Positions 8,422 through 17,400 of a stretch of DNA of 23,451 bases are shown one piece after another. The stretch covers positions 1 through 23,451 of the forward strand of contig JALVPN010000212.1 in NCBI GenBank assembly GCA_027031765.1. Reading direction: 5' to 3'. The translations under genes were made by a program, and so were the position numbers. How positions within the stretch are numbered: position 1 is the first letter of the stretch; every line of letters starts with the position of its first letter. The notes below the pieces were generated by a model. That model saw nothing but the letters and a program-made list of their open reading frames with translations. It had not been told where the DNA came from and did no database searches. The stretch comes from Promethearchaeota archaeon. Its GTDB lineage: Archaea > Asgardarchaeota > Thorarchaeia > Thorarchaeales > Thorarchaeaceae.

Positions 8422-9399
8422 TCAGACCCGGATGCATGCTAGGGTCATCAAGAGTCGGTAGAGGAGCAGGAGGACTCTTTCTGGCCTTATGGTCCTCGTG
8501 TTACGTGTCGTCCTGAGTCCATAGGCCGAGTACGGCACCACGGGCCTCTGTTTCTTCTTCCACTGGCTGAAGACCTTGGCGAGCACTGAACTGGCGTCCG
8601 GGTGTTCGCTACAGAACCAGTCCCACGCCACTCTGTCCCGGTCTGTCCGGGTGTTGCTGAGCCACTCCTCCGCGTGAGAGACTGCAACAATGATGGGTGC
8701 GGTCACCTTGAGGCGTTGGGAGACCGCACTGAGTCGTGCTCTCCTACCATAGATTTCCACTGCTGCAACTAGCCTTGCCATGTTGATGGTCGCTTCGTAT
8801 ACGTAGTCGCTGCCCTTCGTCCCGTCGAGGACCAGCATGTACGCATCTTGGGGCGTTTCGAAAGGAGTACTGCCACCACGTGATGGGCCCTCCTCGGGCG
8901 GCGCAGGGTCGGTCACTAGGGGCCCAACGTGGTCGCGGAACGGTGCCAGTTTCTTCCTGTCCACTCCCTTTCCTTCTACTACCGCCTCGATGACATCTGA
9001 TACGTCCCTATTTGTATCTGCCAGGGTGTCCAGAGAGTGTACCCGCCCCTCAAACGCGAGACCGGAAATGTCAGAAAGAGAGAGCCCCATGGCCATGGAC
9101 GTGTTGCCTCTCTTCGAGTCCAGCGAGTACCACATCCGATATGTTGTCCACCCATGCGACCGGGGCACTCTACGTCGTTTCTTGTTCAGGACTATGTCCT
9201 GTACCTTTCTCAAGTTGCTACGGGCGGCAGCAGGCAAGCATGAAGTGCAGGTAAGTCTTCTTCTCAGGTCTTGGCACTCCTCGCCAACCTCGACGTCCGG
9301 ATGACCAGATGTCAGGAGCTCCCAGAGCGCAAGTAGAACGGTCTTCCCACCCCCCTTGGGACCAAGGAGCATCACCCCCGGTGTCCGTTCGTCCGACAT
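8422..9399 (-). CDS. TRAFAC-class P-loop GTPase, DO-GTPase-like (paralog A, 325 aa)
   Basis: G1 GPKGGGKT, G3 LSDISG, strand DAYMLVLD, G4 position IIVAVSHAE, G5-like YSAYG, C-terminal IRPERVL. RBS AAGAGGAGAT lies directly before ATG 9399. It aligns by eye with paralog B along its full length. Confidence 0.85.
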   Translation of the reverse strand: MSDERTPGVMLLGPKGGGKTVLLALWELLTSGHPDVEVGEECQDLRRRLTCTSCLPAAARSNLRKVQDIVLNKKRRRVPRSHGWTTYRMWYSLDSKRGNTSMAMGLSLSDISGLAFEGRVHSLDTLADTNRDVSDVIEAVVEGKGVDRKKLAPFRDHVGPLVTDPAPPEEGPSRGGSTPFETPQDAYMLVLDGTKGSDYVYEATINMARLVAAVEIYGRRARLSAVSQRLKVTAPIIVAVSHAEEWLSNTRTDRDRVAWDWFCSEHPDASSVLAKVFSQWKKKQRPVVPYSAYGLRTTRNTRTIRPERVLLLLYRLLMTLACIRV

Positions 9400-9705
9400 A
9401 TCTCCTCTTACCTACCTGTGCCTACATGACGGTGCAGCAAGGGCCCTCTCTCCTTTCAAGGTTTGTGGGTATCGAGTGTGCTGGCACCCACGTCCGGATG
9501 CTCGCCATTGTCCTGATGACAGCGACAACACCAAGATATTGCCGGGACAGGTAGCCCCTTGAGGGTTCACCGGCAGCTGACTGGAACCGTATGAGAGTTG
9601 TGTTTCTACGCGGACTATCGCAGAGGATATCGGCAGGTGCTGTGGACTGTACGCCGTCCTTGGTGCTGGAGACGAGTCGGTGACTGCCCCAAGTCCTCTG
9701 TACCG

Positions 9706-9723
9706 ACAAAATGAATAAATTAG
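9706..9723 (+). promoter_or_regulatory. AT-rich candidate BRE/TATA element in the divergent intergenic region
   Basis: CAAAATGAATAAATTTAG is the only strongly AT-rich tract between 9399 and 9753 and lies about 30 nt upstream of the 9753 ORF. Confidence 0.5.
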
Positions 9724-9752
9724 AGCATCAGTGTACAGAGCTCTGAAAAGAT

Positions 9753-12089
9753 GTGAAGGGCAGCATGTTGGGGTTGATCCGCGGGAAGCCTATGGTTCTC
9801 TTGCTGGTGGTCGGTCTATTGCTACTTGCAGGGTACCAGCCGGCGCTTTCCTTGCAGAAGTGCACTCGTGCCAGTACTGAGACCGCAGGCCCTGTCGACG
9901 GGTCTGGCGTGGAGGTCTCGGATCTCGATGCCGTCATCTCCTGCTCACCAGCACTTGCTGACCTCGATGGTGATGGTGTGACTGATATTGTCATCGGCTC
10001 CGACTCCGGAGTTGTGCGTGCATACTCTCCCATCTTCCACGGATCCCTCTGGCAATATGCGACAGATGGCCCGGTTGCATCGTCGCCATGTGTGTACGAC
10101 GTTGACAACGACACTAGACTTGAGGTGATAGTTGGCACCTGGGACGCACGAGTATGCGCCGTTGATGCAGGGAGTGGGACGGCCGAGTGGGTACATGATG
10201 CCACCTCTCAGGTGGTCGCCTCGCCCTGCATTGCAGATGTGGACGGCGACGGACTGGTCGACGTTGTGGTGGCATCGTGGGACGGTACAGTGACGGTACT
10301 GCGTGGGCAGGATGGGAGCGTAGCCCTGGAGAAATCGCTGGGGTCCTACGTCGTATCGTCACCGTCAGTCGCCGACTTCAGTGCTGATGGTCATCAGGAC
10401 ATTGTCGTGGCACTTGGCAATGGTACAGTCATTGCTCTGGACGGAGCTGATGGGCAAGAGCTGTGGCGGTACGAATGTCGTGGTACCGTGTGGTCTTCAC
10501 CAGCACTTGCTGATGTCAACAACGACACGGTTCCTGACATCTTCGTGGGGTCGCGAGACGGTCACTTCTACGCACTGGATGGGCCTACTGGCAGCCCCAT
10601 GTGGATTATCCCGACTCGCGGCGGTGTTGTTGCATCCCCTGCCCTGTGTGACATCGACGGCGACGGTCGTCTAGATGCAGTGTTCGGTACTCTCGATGGT
10701 CGCGAGTACGCTGTTGACTGCAGCACAGGCAATGTTGTCTGGTGTTTCCACGCCACCGGGCCAATATGGGCCTCTCCAGCAGTCGCGGACATTGACTCGG
10801 ATGGCAACCTCGATGTGGTCTTCCCGTCAGAGCGTGGCTGCTTCTACGTACTGGACGGACGCTTCGGCTTCCCTCTCGTCCAGGAGTCGCTTGGGGCTTC
10901 GGTTTCGAGTTCGCCTGTCCTGTCCGACATTGATGGTGACTCCAGGCTTGATGCTGTCGTTGGTACATGGGGTCGGGACGTCGTGCTCGTCAGAGGTATT
11001 ACCGCTGGCCAGTCGCGCCTCTATTGGCAGGGCCTATGTGGTCTTGACGGCTTCAGGAGGACGCGCTCCACCGCAGTCCATGACCCCGACGGCGACATGT
11101 TGTCATCGGTGTCGGAGAGTTTCTTGGGTACTGACCCTCAACGGCCAGACACCGACGGTGATGGGATGCCTGACGGATGGGAGGTCGCTAACGGTCTGGA
11201 CCCGTGCGTACCAGATGCAGGCGGTGACCGCGATGGCGATGGCCTATTGAATATTGAAGAGTTCACACTCGGTACGTACGCCTGCGTAGTGGACTCTGAC
11301 CTTGATGGTCTCGACGACCGTTCAGAGCTGGCACGCGGCACCTCACCACGACTCAACGACTCGGATGCAGACGGGCTGAGCGACGGTGAGGAGATTGGAC
11401 TCGGCCTAAATCCGCTGGCAGCCGACTCGGATGGCGATGCCCTCGACGACTACTGGGAAGTGGTCACCGGTTGCTCTCCGACAGTGCCAGATGCCTCCGA
11501 GGACCCAGATGGTGACGGCCTGGACAACGGTGGTGAGTACCTGCATGGCACTCTGCCAAATGTATCCGATACCGACGGTGATGCTCTGGATGACGGTACA
11601 GAGGTCGAGTTGGGTCTTGACCCGTTGAGTCCCGACAGCGATGGCGATGGTATGCCTGACGGGTGGGAACGCCTGATGTCCCTTGACCCACTCGTCCCTG
11701 ATGCTGCGGACGATAGGGACAACGACACTCTGACGAACATTGAGGAGTACCTTCTTGGTACCAGCCCCGTGAGTTGCGACACGGACCATGACGGCTGTCC
11801 TGATGGCTGGGAGGTATACTACTCGTTCAATCCACTTGTGAACGACAGTTTCATCGACGCTGACCAGGACGGGCTATCGAACCTCCGTGAGTTCGTGCTG
11901 GGTCTTGACCCCACCAACCCCGACACTGATGGCGACCACGTGATAGATGGCGGCGACATGTTTCCGCTCGTACAAGACCAGCTGGTAGTAGGCTACAGCT
12001 TGACAGCACTGGTACTGATGGTTGCGGTACTTGTCGCAGTGCGCCTACTTCCAGTAGTCCGCCGCCTCTATATACGGTGGAAATACTAG
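9753..12089 (+). CDS. Cell-surface protein: signal peptide, 8-blade FG-GAP/PQQ-like beta-propeller, 13 thrombospondin type-3-like Ca-binding repeats, C-terminal TM anchor
   Basis: Eight ~46-aa repeats of type xxSSPxxADxDGDGxxDxVxGxxDGxxYAxDGxxGxxxW, then 13 DxDxDG(L/M)xD/NxxE units, a TM helix (LTALVLMVAVLVAV) and a basic tail RRLYIRWKY. Start could be 9753, 9765 or 9792. Confidence 0.9.
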   Translation: MKGSMLGLIRGKPMVLLLVVGLLLLAGYQPALSLQKCTRASTETAGPVDGSGVEVSDLDAVISCSPALADLDGDGVTDIVIGSDSGVVRAYSPIFHGSLWQYATDGPVASSPCVYDVDNDTRLEVIVGTWDARVCAVDAGSGTAEWVHDATSQVVASPCIADVDGDGLVDVVVASWDGTVTVLRGQDGSVALEKSLGSYVVSSPSVADFSADGHQDIVVALGNGTVIALDGADGQELWRYECRGTVWSSPALADVNNDTVPDIFVGSRDGHFYALDGPTGSPMWIIPTRGGVVASPALCDIDGDGRLDAVFGTLDGREYAVDCSTGNVVWCFHATGPIWASPAVADIDSDGNLDVVFPSERGCFYVLDGRFGFPLVQESLGASVSSSPVLSDIDGDSRLDAVVGTWGRDVVLVRGITAGQSRLYWQGLCGLDGFRRTRSTAVHDPDGDMLSSVSESFLGTDPQRPDTDGDGMPDGWEVANGLDPCVPDAGGDRDGDGLLNIEEFTLGTYACVVDSDLDGLDDRSELARGTSPRLNDSDADGLSDGEEIGLGLNPLAADSDGDALDDYWEVVTGCSPTVPDASEDPDGDGLDNGGEYLHGTLPNVSDTDGDALDDGTEVELGLDPLSPDSDGDGMPDGWERLMSLDPLVPDAADDRDNDTLTNIEEYLLGTSPVSCDTDHDGCPDGWEVYYSFNPLVNDSFIDADQDGLSNLREFVLGLDPTNPDTDGDHVIDGGDMFPLVQDQLVVGYSLTALVLMVAVLVAVRLLPVVRRLYIRWKY

Positions 12090-12145
12090 GGCTCCATCCA
12101 TCTGTAGGTGTCACACTGCTATTGATTCGTGCCTACCCCATGTGC

Positions 12146-12166
12146 GCGCCGCGCCCATTGCGGCGC
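12146..12166. terminator. GC hairpin between convergent genes; possible terminator
   Basis: GCGCCGC-7 nt-GCGGCGC perfect 7-bp stem in the 100-nt gap; no oligo-T tract. Confidence 0.25.
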
Positions 12167-12191
12167 ACCCACCAGTGCGTCAGATACCCTC

Positions 12192-14021
12192 CTATGCACC
12201 ATACATCTTGTCAAGGATGGCATCAATCTCATCGACTTTCGCAGGTATTCGGAACCGTTCTGCCACTGCCCTGGCCTGGAGCAGGACTGCTAGGAGTCTT
12301 TCAAAACGTTTCCAGTCATCACCTGACATTGTGCTTGTTTCTACGCTCGCCAGCCAGTCTCTTGCAGTCTGGACAATCCACTCTACCACCAGTTCTGCAT
12401 CACTCCTGTCCCGGACTTCTGAGACCCGTACGTCCAGGAACTCTCCATCCCGTAGGGCCTTCGCCAACTGCACCCTTCTCTCTGCCTGCTCTATGAGTTG
12501 ACATGCCTGTTCCGTCACCTCAGCCATCTCAGGCTGTACTGTCCTCGGTGGTGAGCAGTCCACACCAAGCCGTGTTAGCAGCTTCTGGATCCTTGCTACC
12601 GCATCCATGACCCTCTGACAGTATGTGTCTAGAGTCATATACCCACCACCCGTCCCGTCCAGTGCACGACGGAGGTCGACGATGCTGACCTGCAGCTCCT
12701 TAGCAGTTTCCCTTCTTTCCTCCAGAATCCCTTCAATATTGGCAAACTCGGCCCTGGTCTCATCGAAGACTCTCTTGAGCCTATCGACAAGCTCCTCTTG
12801 TCCAAGTGCCGCCGCTTGCGCCATTGATGAGGTGAGTCCAACTAGAGCGCGTTTCTCTTCAACATGGAGATTGTCAATGAACCTAGCAATGGTCTTGGCA
12901 TCAACCATGCCTACGCACTGAGTGCGGAGTCGTGCGACCGTTTCCTTTGCCATCGTCATCGCTTGGTCTGCTTCAGTCATGTTTCTATGCACCGCTAGAT
13001 GTCTGCGCACATCTCGGGACAGGCGCTCTACTTCGTCAGCGAGTCTCTGGACCTCTTCCTTTCCCTCTTCGATTCCGTACTCTTTCGCTGCCCGATGTGC
13101 CTTCTTGAGCAGCGCTCTAAACTCCGGCATGCTTTTCTGGATCTCTCTGTCTAGGGCCTCTAGTCCCATGATACTACTGACTAGCTGGAAGCGCACTTGG
13201 AGTTGCTGCAACCGGATCCGTACCGGCCGGACGAAGTCGCTTTCGAACGCTTCCAGTACTCGCCTTCTTAGCACCGCCTGTTGCTCCCGGGCCACTTGGA
13301 TGCTCGCTCTGGCCTCCTCCAGTTCTTGGGACGACGCTGCATCCGCTCCGGCTGCTTCACGCGTTCTCTCTAGCGCGAGTTCTGCTCTCTCTCTCAGTCT
13401 GCGAATCTCATTCAGTCGGCTCAGGAGGGTGGTCAGACCTTGCCGTCCCCGTTCTCTTTCGACCCGCCGCACGGCCTTTTCCAGCTCCACGACTTCCTTC
13501 TTCAGCTCAGACTGGCGCTCCTTCAAATCCACCATCTGTAGGAGTTCCTCGCGCGTCCGCCTGTGTAGTGTGACCGCTCGATTCGCCTTCGTTTCCAACA
13601 TTGCTAGGTGCGCACGCTTCGCCTCTTGCAGGGCCTGCGTGTCGAGTGCTATCGTACGTTCCATCTCCTGCCTGACGGTCCTGCGGAGCTCCTCGAACCG
13701 CTTATTGGCCTGAGAAACTGTTTCTTTGAGCTGCTTCACAATGCTCTCGGCCAAGTACAGGTACCGCTCTGTCGTTGTTATCGCGAGGTGCCGTTCCAAG
13801 TCGGCCTTTATGTCTGCATACCCTACCTCGGGCAGCTGTTTCAGCGTTCCCTCGTAGCGTGTGAGATCCCTGAGCGCAGCAGTTAGCACCGAGACTGCCC
13901 CATCATAGTCCCGACATCCCCGCAACTCCTCGGCCCTCCTCTGCTGTTCTTGGGTTCTCCGTAGGACTTGAAGCGCCTTCTCGGTTCTACTGTCATCTTG
14001 CTGCTCGTGATGCACTGTCAA
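12192..14021 (-). CDS. Long soluble coiled-coil / all-helical protein of unknown function (~609 aa)
   Basis: E/R/A/L/K/Q-rich heptad-like sequence throughout. The first ~100 aa of the ORF-track version (start 14327) look non-coding in composition. TTG 14021 is preceded by GAAGGGTG, so it is the preferred start, but this is uncertain. Confidence 0.8.
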   Translation of the reverse strand: MTVHHEQQDDSRTEKALQVLRRTQEQQRRAEELRGCRDYDGAVSVLTAALRDLTRYEGTLKQLPEVGYADIKADLERHLAITTTERYLYLAESIVKQLKETVSQANKRFEELRRTVRQEMERTIALDTQALQEAKRAHLAMLETKANRAVTLHRRTREELLQMVDLKERQSELKKEVVELEKAVRRVERERGRQGLTTLLSRLNEIRRLRERAELALERTREAAGADAASSQELEEARASIQVAREQQAVLRRRVLEAFESDFVRPVRIRLQQLQVRFQLVSSIMGLEALDREIQKSMPEFRALLKKAHRAAKEYGIEEGKEEVQRLADEVERLSRDVRRHLAVHRNMTEADQAMTMAKETVARLRTQCVGMVDAKTIARFIDNLHVEEKRALVGLTSSMAQAAALGQEELVDRLKRVFDETRAEFANIEGILEERRETAKELQVSIVDLRRALDGTGGGYMTLDTYCQRVMDAVARIQKLLTRLGVDCSPPRTVQPEMAEVTEQACQLIEQAERRVQLAKALRDGEFLDVRVSEVRDRSDAELVVEWIVQTARDWLASVETSTMSGDDWKRFERLLAVLLQARAVAERFRIPAKVDEIDAILDKMYGA

Positions 14022-14453
14022 GAGTCTTGGCACCCTTCCGTCTAGTCTGCTACCCCCGCGCACTACTCTGCAGGCGTCCGTGTTTCCTTGGAACAAACAC
14101 AGAAAAAACTGTTGGCGTCTAGCTGGCAGTACCAGGAGCTGCGTACTGTGTTCCAGCGTGTTTGAAGCTGAATACCCGTGGCCACCGGTAGGCCGCTCAG
14201 TCAGTGCACGGGCGGACTTGTCCCCCGAACTAGTCATACCGTGCTCGCTCCGGTCTGGCCCGATACGCACCCTTCTGGCAGGGAACATGAATCCTCTGCC
14301 TGTTGCGTCAGGCCATAGGAATGTCACGCACCGCGTCGTTGATGACCCGTTGCGCCCGGCTCTAACACCATACCTGCCGCTACGCTGTGGAAATGTTTTT
14401 CACTCCCTTTACGGTGCACTTCGCCCGCGAAAATGGGAACAGATGGTGACCGG

Positions 14454-17400
14454 ATGCACGCAAGTATCAAGTCCTCCGCTCTGATTCTCATGGTTATCAT
14501 GTTGACTGCCGGTGCCCTCCCCCTTCATCCTCTCGTGAGGCCAAGGCACCCGCAGGCCTACAGCCCAGTTATCAGTAGCAGCCCCCCTGAGCAAGACTTG
14601 CAGGAAGTGCTTGAGCACCTCCGTTCTGGGGGGCAGTCACTCCCGTTCGGTGGGTTCATCCGCAACCTCGGACAACTTGACGATGAGCGTGTGGAATACT
14701 ATGTACCCGGCCGGGTCATGGACGTAGGCTTTGGCCCGTCGATGGTACTGTACGCGTTCCACCGCCCGGACGGCGGTCGTACAGTGTTCCGCATGACGTT
14801 CCCGGGGTCTGACACAGTGCACCCCACTGGACGGGTCAGGAACCAGCATGTCGTCAACTATTTCCATGGCGACCTCGTACTGACCAACGTACCCACCTAC
14901 AACGAGGTGTGGTTCGAGGGCCTCTATCCTGGCATCGACCTCAGGTTCATGATGACCGGGGGCGGTCTCAAGTACGAGGCCATTGCGCGTCCCCATTCAG
15001 ACCCCTCGGTGTTCCGCATCCAGCTGTCGGGCGATGTCGACGTCGAAGTGTCGGACGTGGGCGTGTCGGTGAGCCTGCCTGGAGTCTCGGGCGGGCCTGT
15101 CTTCACCGACAGCGGTCTTGACGTGTTCCAGACAGGCGGTGCCAGTGTCCCTGCTGAGTACACCCTTATAGACCCGCTCACACACACCTACGGGTTTGCT
15201 TTGGGGGAGTACGACCCCTCGAAGACGCTGATCATTGACCCGTGGTGCGTATCTCATGCCACCCTTCTCGGTGGCAGCGGTGGTGAGTGGGCATATGATA
15301 TTGATGTCGACTCGAGCGGGCACGTGTATGTCACGGGGTACTCCGGTTCTGTAGACTTCGACGTCACGCAGGACGCATATCAGGCATCCCATGGTGGTGC
15401 CCATGACATCTTTGTGACAGAGTTGAACCAGACAATGACTGGACTGGTCTACAGTACGTACATCGGTGGCTCGGGTGATGATGAGGGGCGGTCGCTGTTC
15501 GTGGACAGCTCCGGCAACGTATACATCGGTGGCTATACTGCCAGCAGTGACTTTCCACTGGTGAATGCCTACGACCCGAGTCTGGACGTGCGGGACGCAG
15601 TCGTTGTGAAGCTCGACTCAAGTGGACAGCTAGTGTTCTCCACTTACTTCGGTGGCAGTGGGGAAGAGGTCATCACTGGCATTGTACCCTCAGGCACCAA
15701 CTACATCTACGTTGTTGGGTACACGACCTCCGACGACCTCAACGTCACCAGTGCGTACCAGGACACCTTTGGGGGTGGCTCCTACGACGCGTTTGCTGCC
15801 GAGTTCGACACGAGTTCGGCCAGTCTTGTCTACAGCACGTATCTCGGGGGTTCGGATGATGACTTGGCCTATGATGCAGTCCTCATCGGGCAGGATGTTG
15901 TGCTCGTCGGACATACGTGGAGCTCCGACTACCCAGCAGCGAACGGCTACGACACCTCCATCAATGGTCAGACTGACATCTTCGTCACCCGGCTGAACTC
16001 CACCGGCAACGGCATAGTGTTCAGTACTTTTCTCGGCGGCGGCTCCTACGACTACGGTCAGAGCATCGCACTCGACTCGAGTAACAACATCTATGTTGCT
16101 GGTCGGTCAATGTCGTCGAACTTCCCCACAGTGTCCGCCTATCAGGACTCCCTTGCTGGAGAATACGATGTCGTGGTGAGCGAGCTCTCTGCAAACGGTC
16201 AGACCCTCTTGGCAAGCACTTATCTCGGTGGCACCGACACTGAGTGGTCGGGTGTCGTCACAGTCGACCCCACTGGACACGTGTGCGTTGCAGCCAAGAC
16301 CGCATCCACTGACTACCCCCTCCTCAATGCCAGCGACAGTTCCCGAACTGGCGCGACCGACGCGGTGCTCACCCTTTTCGACTCTGGACTCAGCACTCTC
16401 CGGTTCTCCACCTACTTCGGTGGGAGCCACACGGAAGAAACGCTTGGGATTGACACTGACAGTTCTGGGGCCGTCTACTTCTGCGGGACATCCACCTCCC
16501 TCAGTTTTCCAGCACACCGCGCATATCAGCCGGGTCTCAGCGGTACGAGCGATGCGTACATTGTGAAGTACGATGTTGATGTAACGCCGCCGACCATTGG
16601 GCTGGTCGGTACGTCGAACAACACGGTCCACAGGTCAGGCACTCTGATCCGGCTCGACCCTGATGATGACATGTCGGGCGTGCAGTCGGTGACGTACAGC
16701 TGGGACGGTGGTGCCAATAACTCTCTGAGCGCACCGTACAAGGTCGCACTCCCGTCCGGCGAGACCACCCACGTCTTGCGTGTGTATGTGAGCGACCGGG
16801 TCGGCTTCGAGTCCAGCGCCGTCTATTCCTTCGTGACAGACGACACAGCCCCTGTCATAGACTTGGTAACGCCGACCAATCACACAAGTGCCTGCTCGGG
16901 CACCCTTGTTGATGTGGACATCACGGAGCCCCACATCGGCTCGGTCACATACACGTGGGGTGACAGCAGTCCTCAGGCCTGGAGTGCGCCCTATCACACG
17001 GTAATCCCCCACGAGAACGGGTGGGTCACTCTGACTGTGAACGCAACGGACCAGGCCGGTAACAATGCCGTCGCTACCTACGTGTTCAAGGCCTCTGCAT
17101 CTAGGTACCTGCACTACTCCACGTACTTCGGCGGGACAGATGTGGACATGGCTGAGGACCTCGCCGTTTCAACCAATGGCGTCATGTACATTGTCGGTAG
17201 CACTGCCGGCTCTCTCCCGACCTTCAATGCATATGACTCCAGTTTCAACGGCCTGCCCACGGACGCGTTCCTGGCCGCATTTGCAGGAAACGGCTCCCTG
17301 CTCTTCTCGACCTACATTGGTGGTGATGACGAGGACCATGCGTACTCCGTTGCCCTCGACAGCGACGGTACAATTGTGGTGGCCGGACTCACTGCCAGCT

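Noticed and set aside
3513-9399. Slightly lower GC in the GTPase cluster (about 47-58% in sampled lines versus about 58-62% in the surface genes) as a sign of horizontal transfer
   Set aside because: Only a few lines were sampled, the coiled-coil gene is similar, and amino-acid composition can explain the difference. No integrase, att site or terminal repeat was seen.
9412-9789. Two open minus frames upstream of GTPase A (95 aa at 9422-9709, and a stop-free frame ending at 9412)
   Set aside because: Low-complexity S/P/G/T-rich translations, no convincing start or RBS, and they overlap the AT-rich promoter element.
14022-14327. N-terminal 100-aa extension of the coiled-coil ORF
   Set aside because: Composition is unlike the rest of the protein, it spans AT-rich promoter-like tracts, and a downstream TTG has an RBS.
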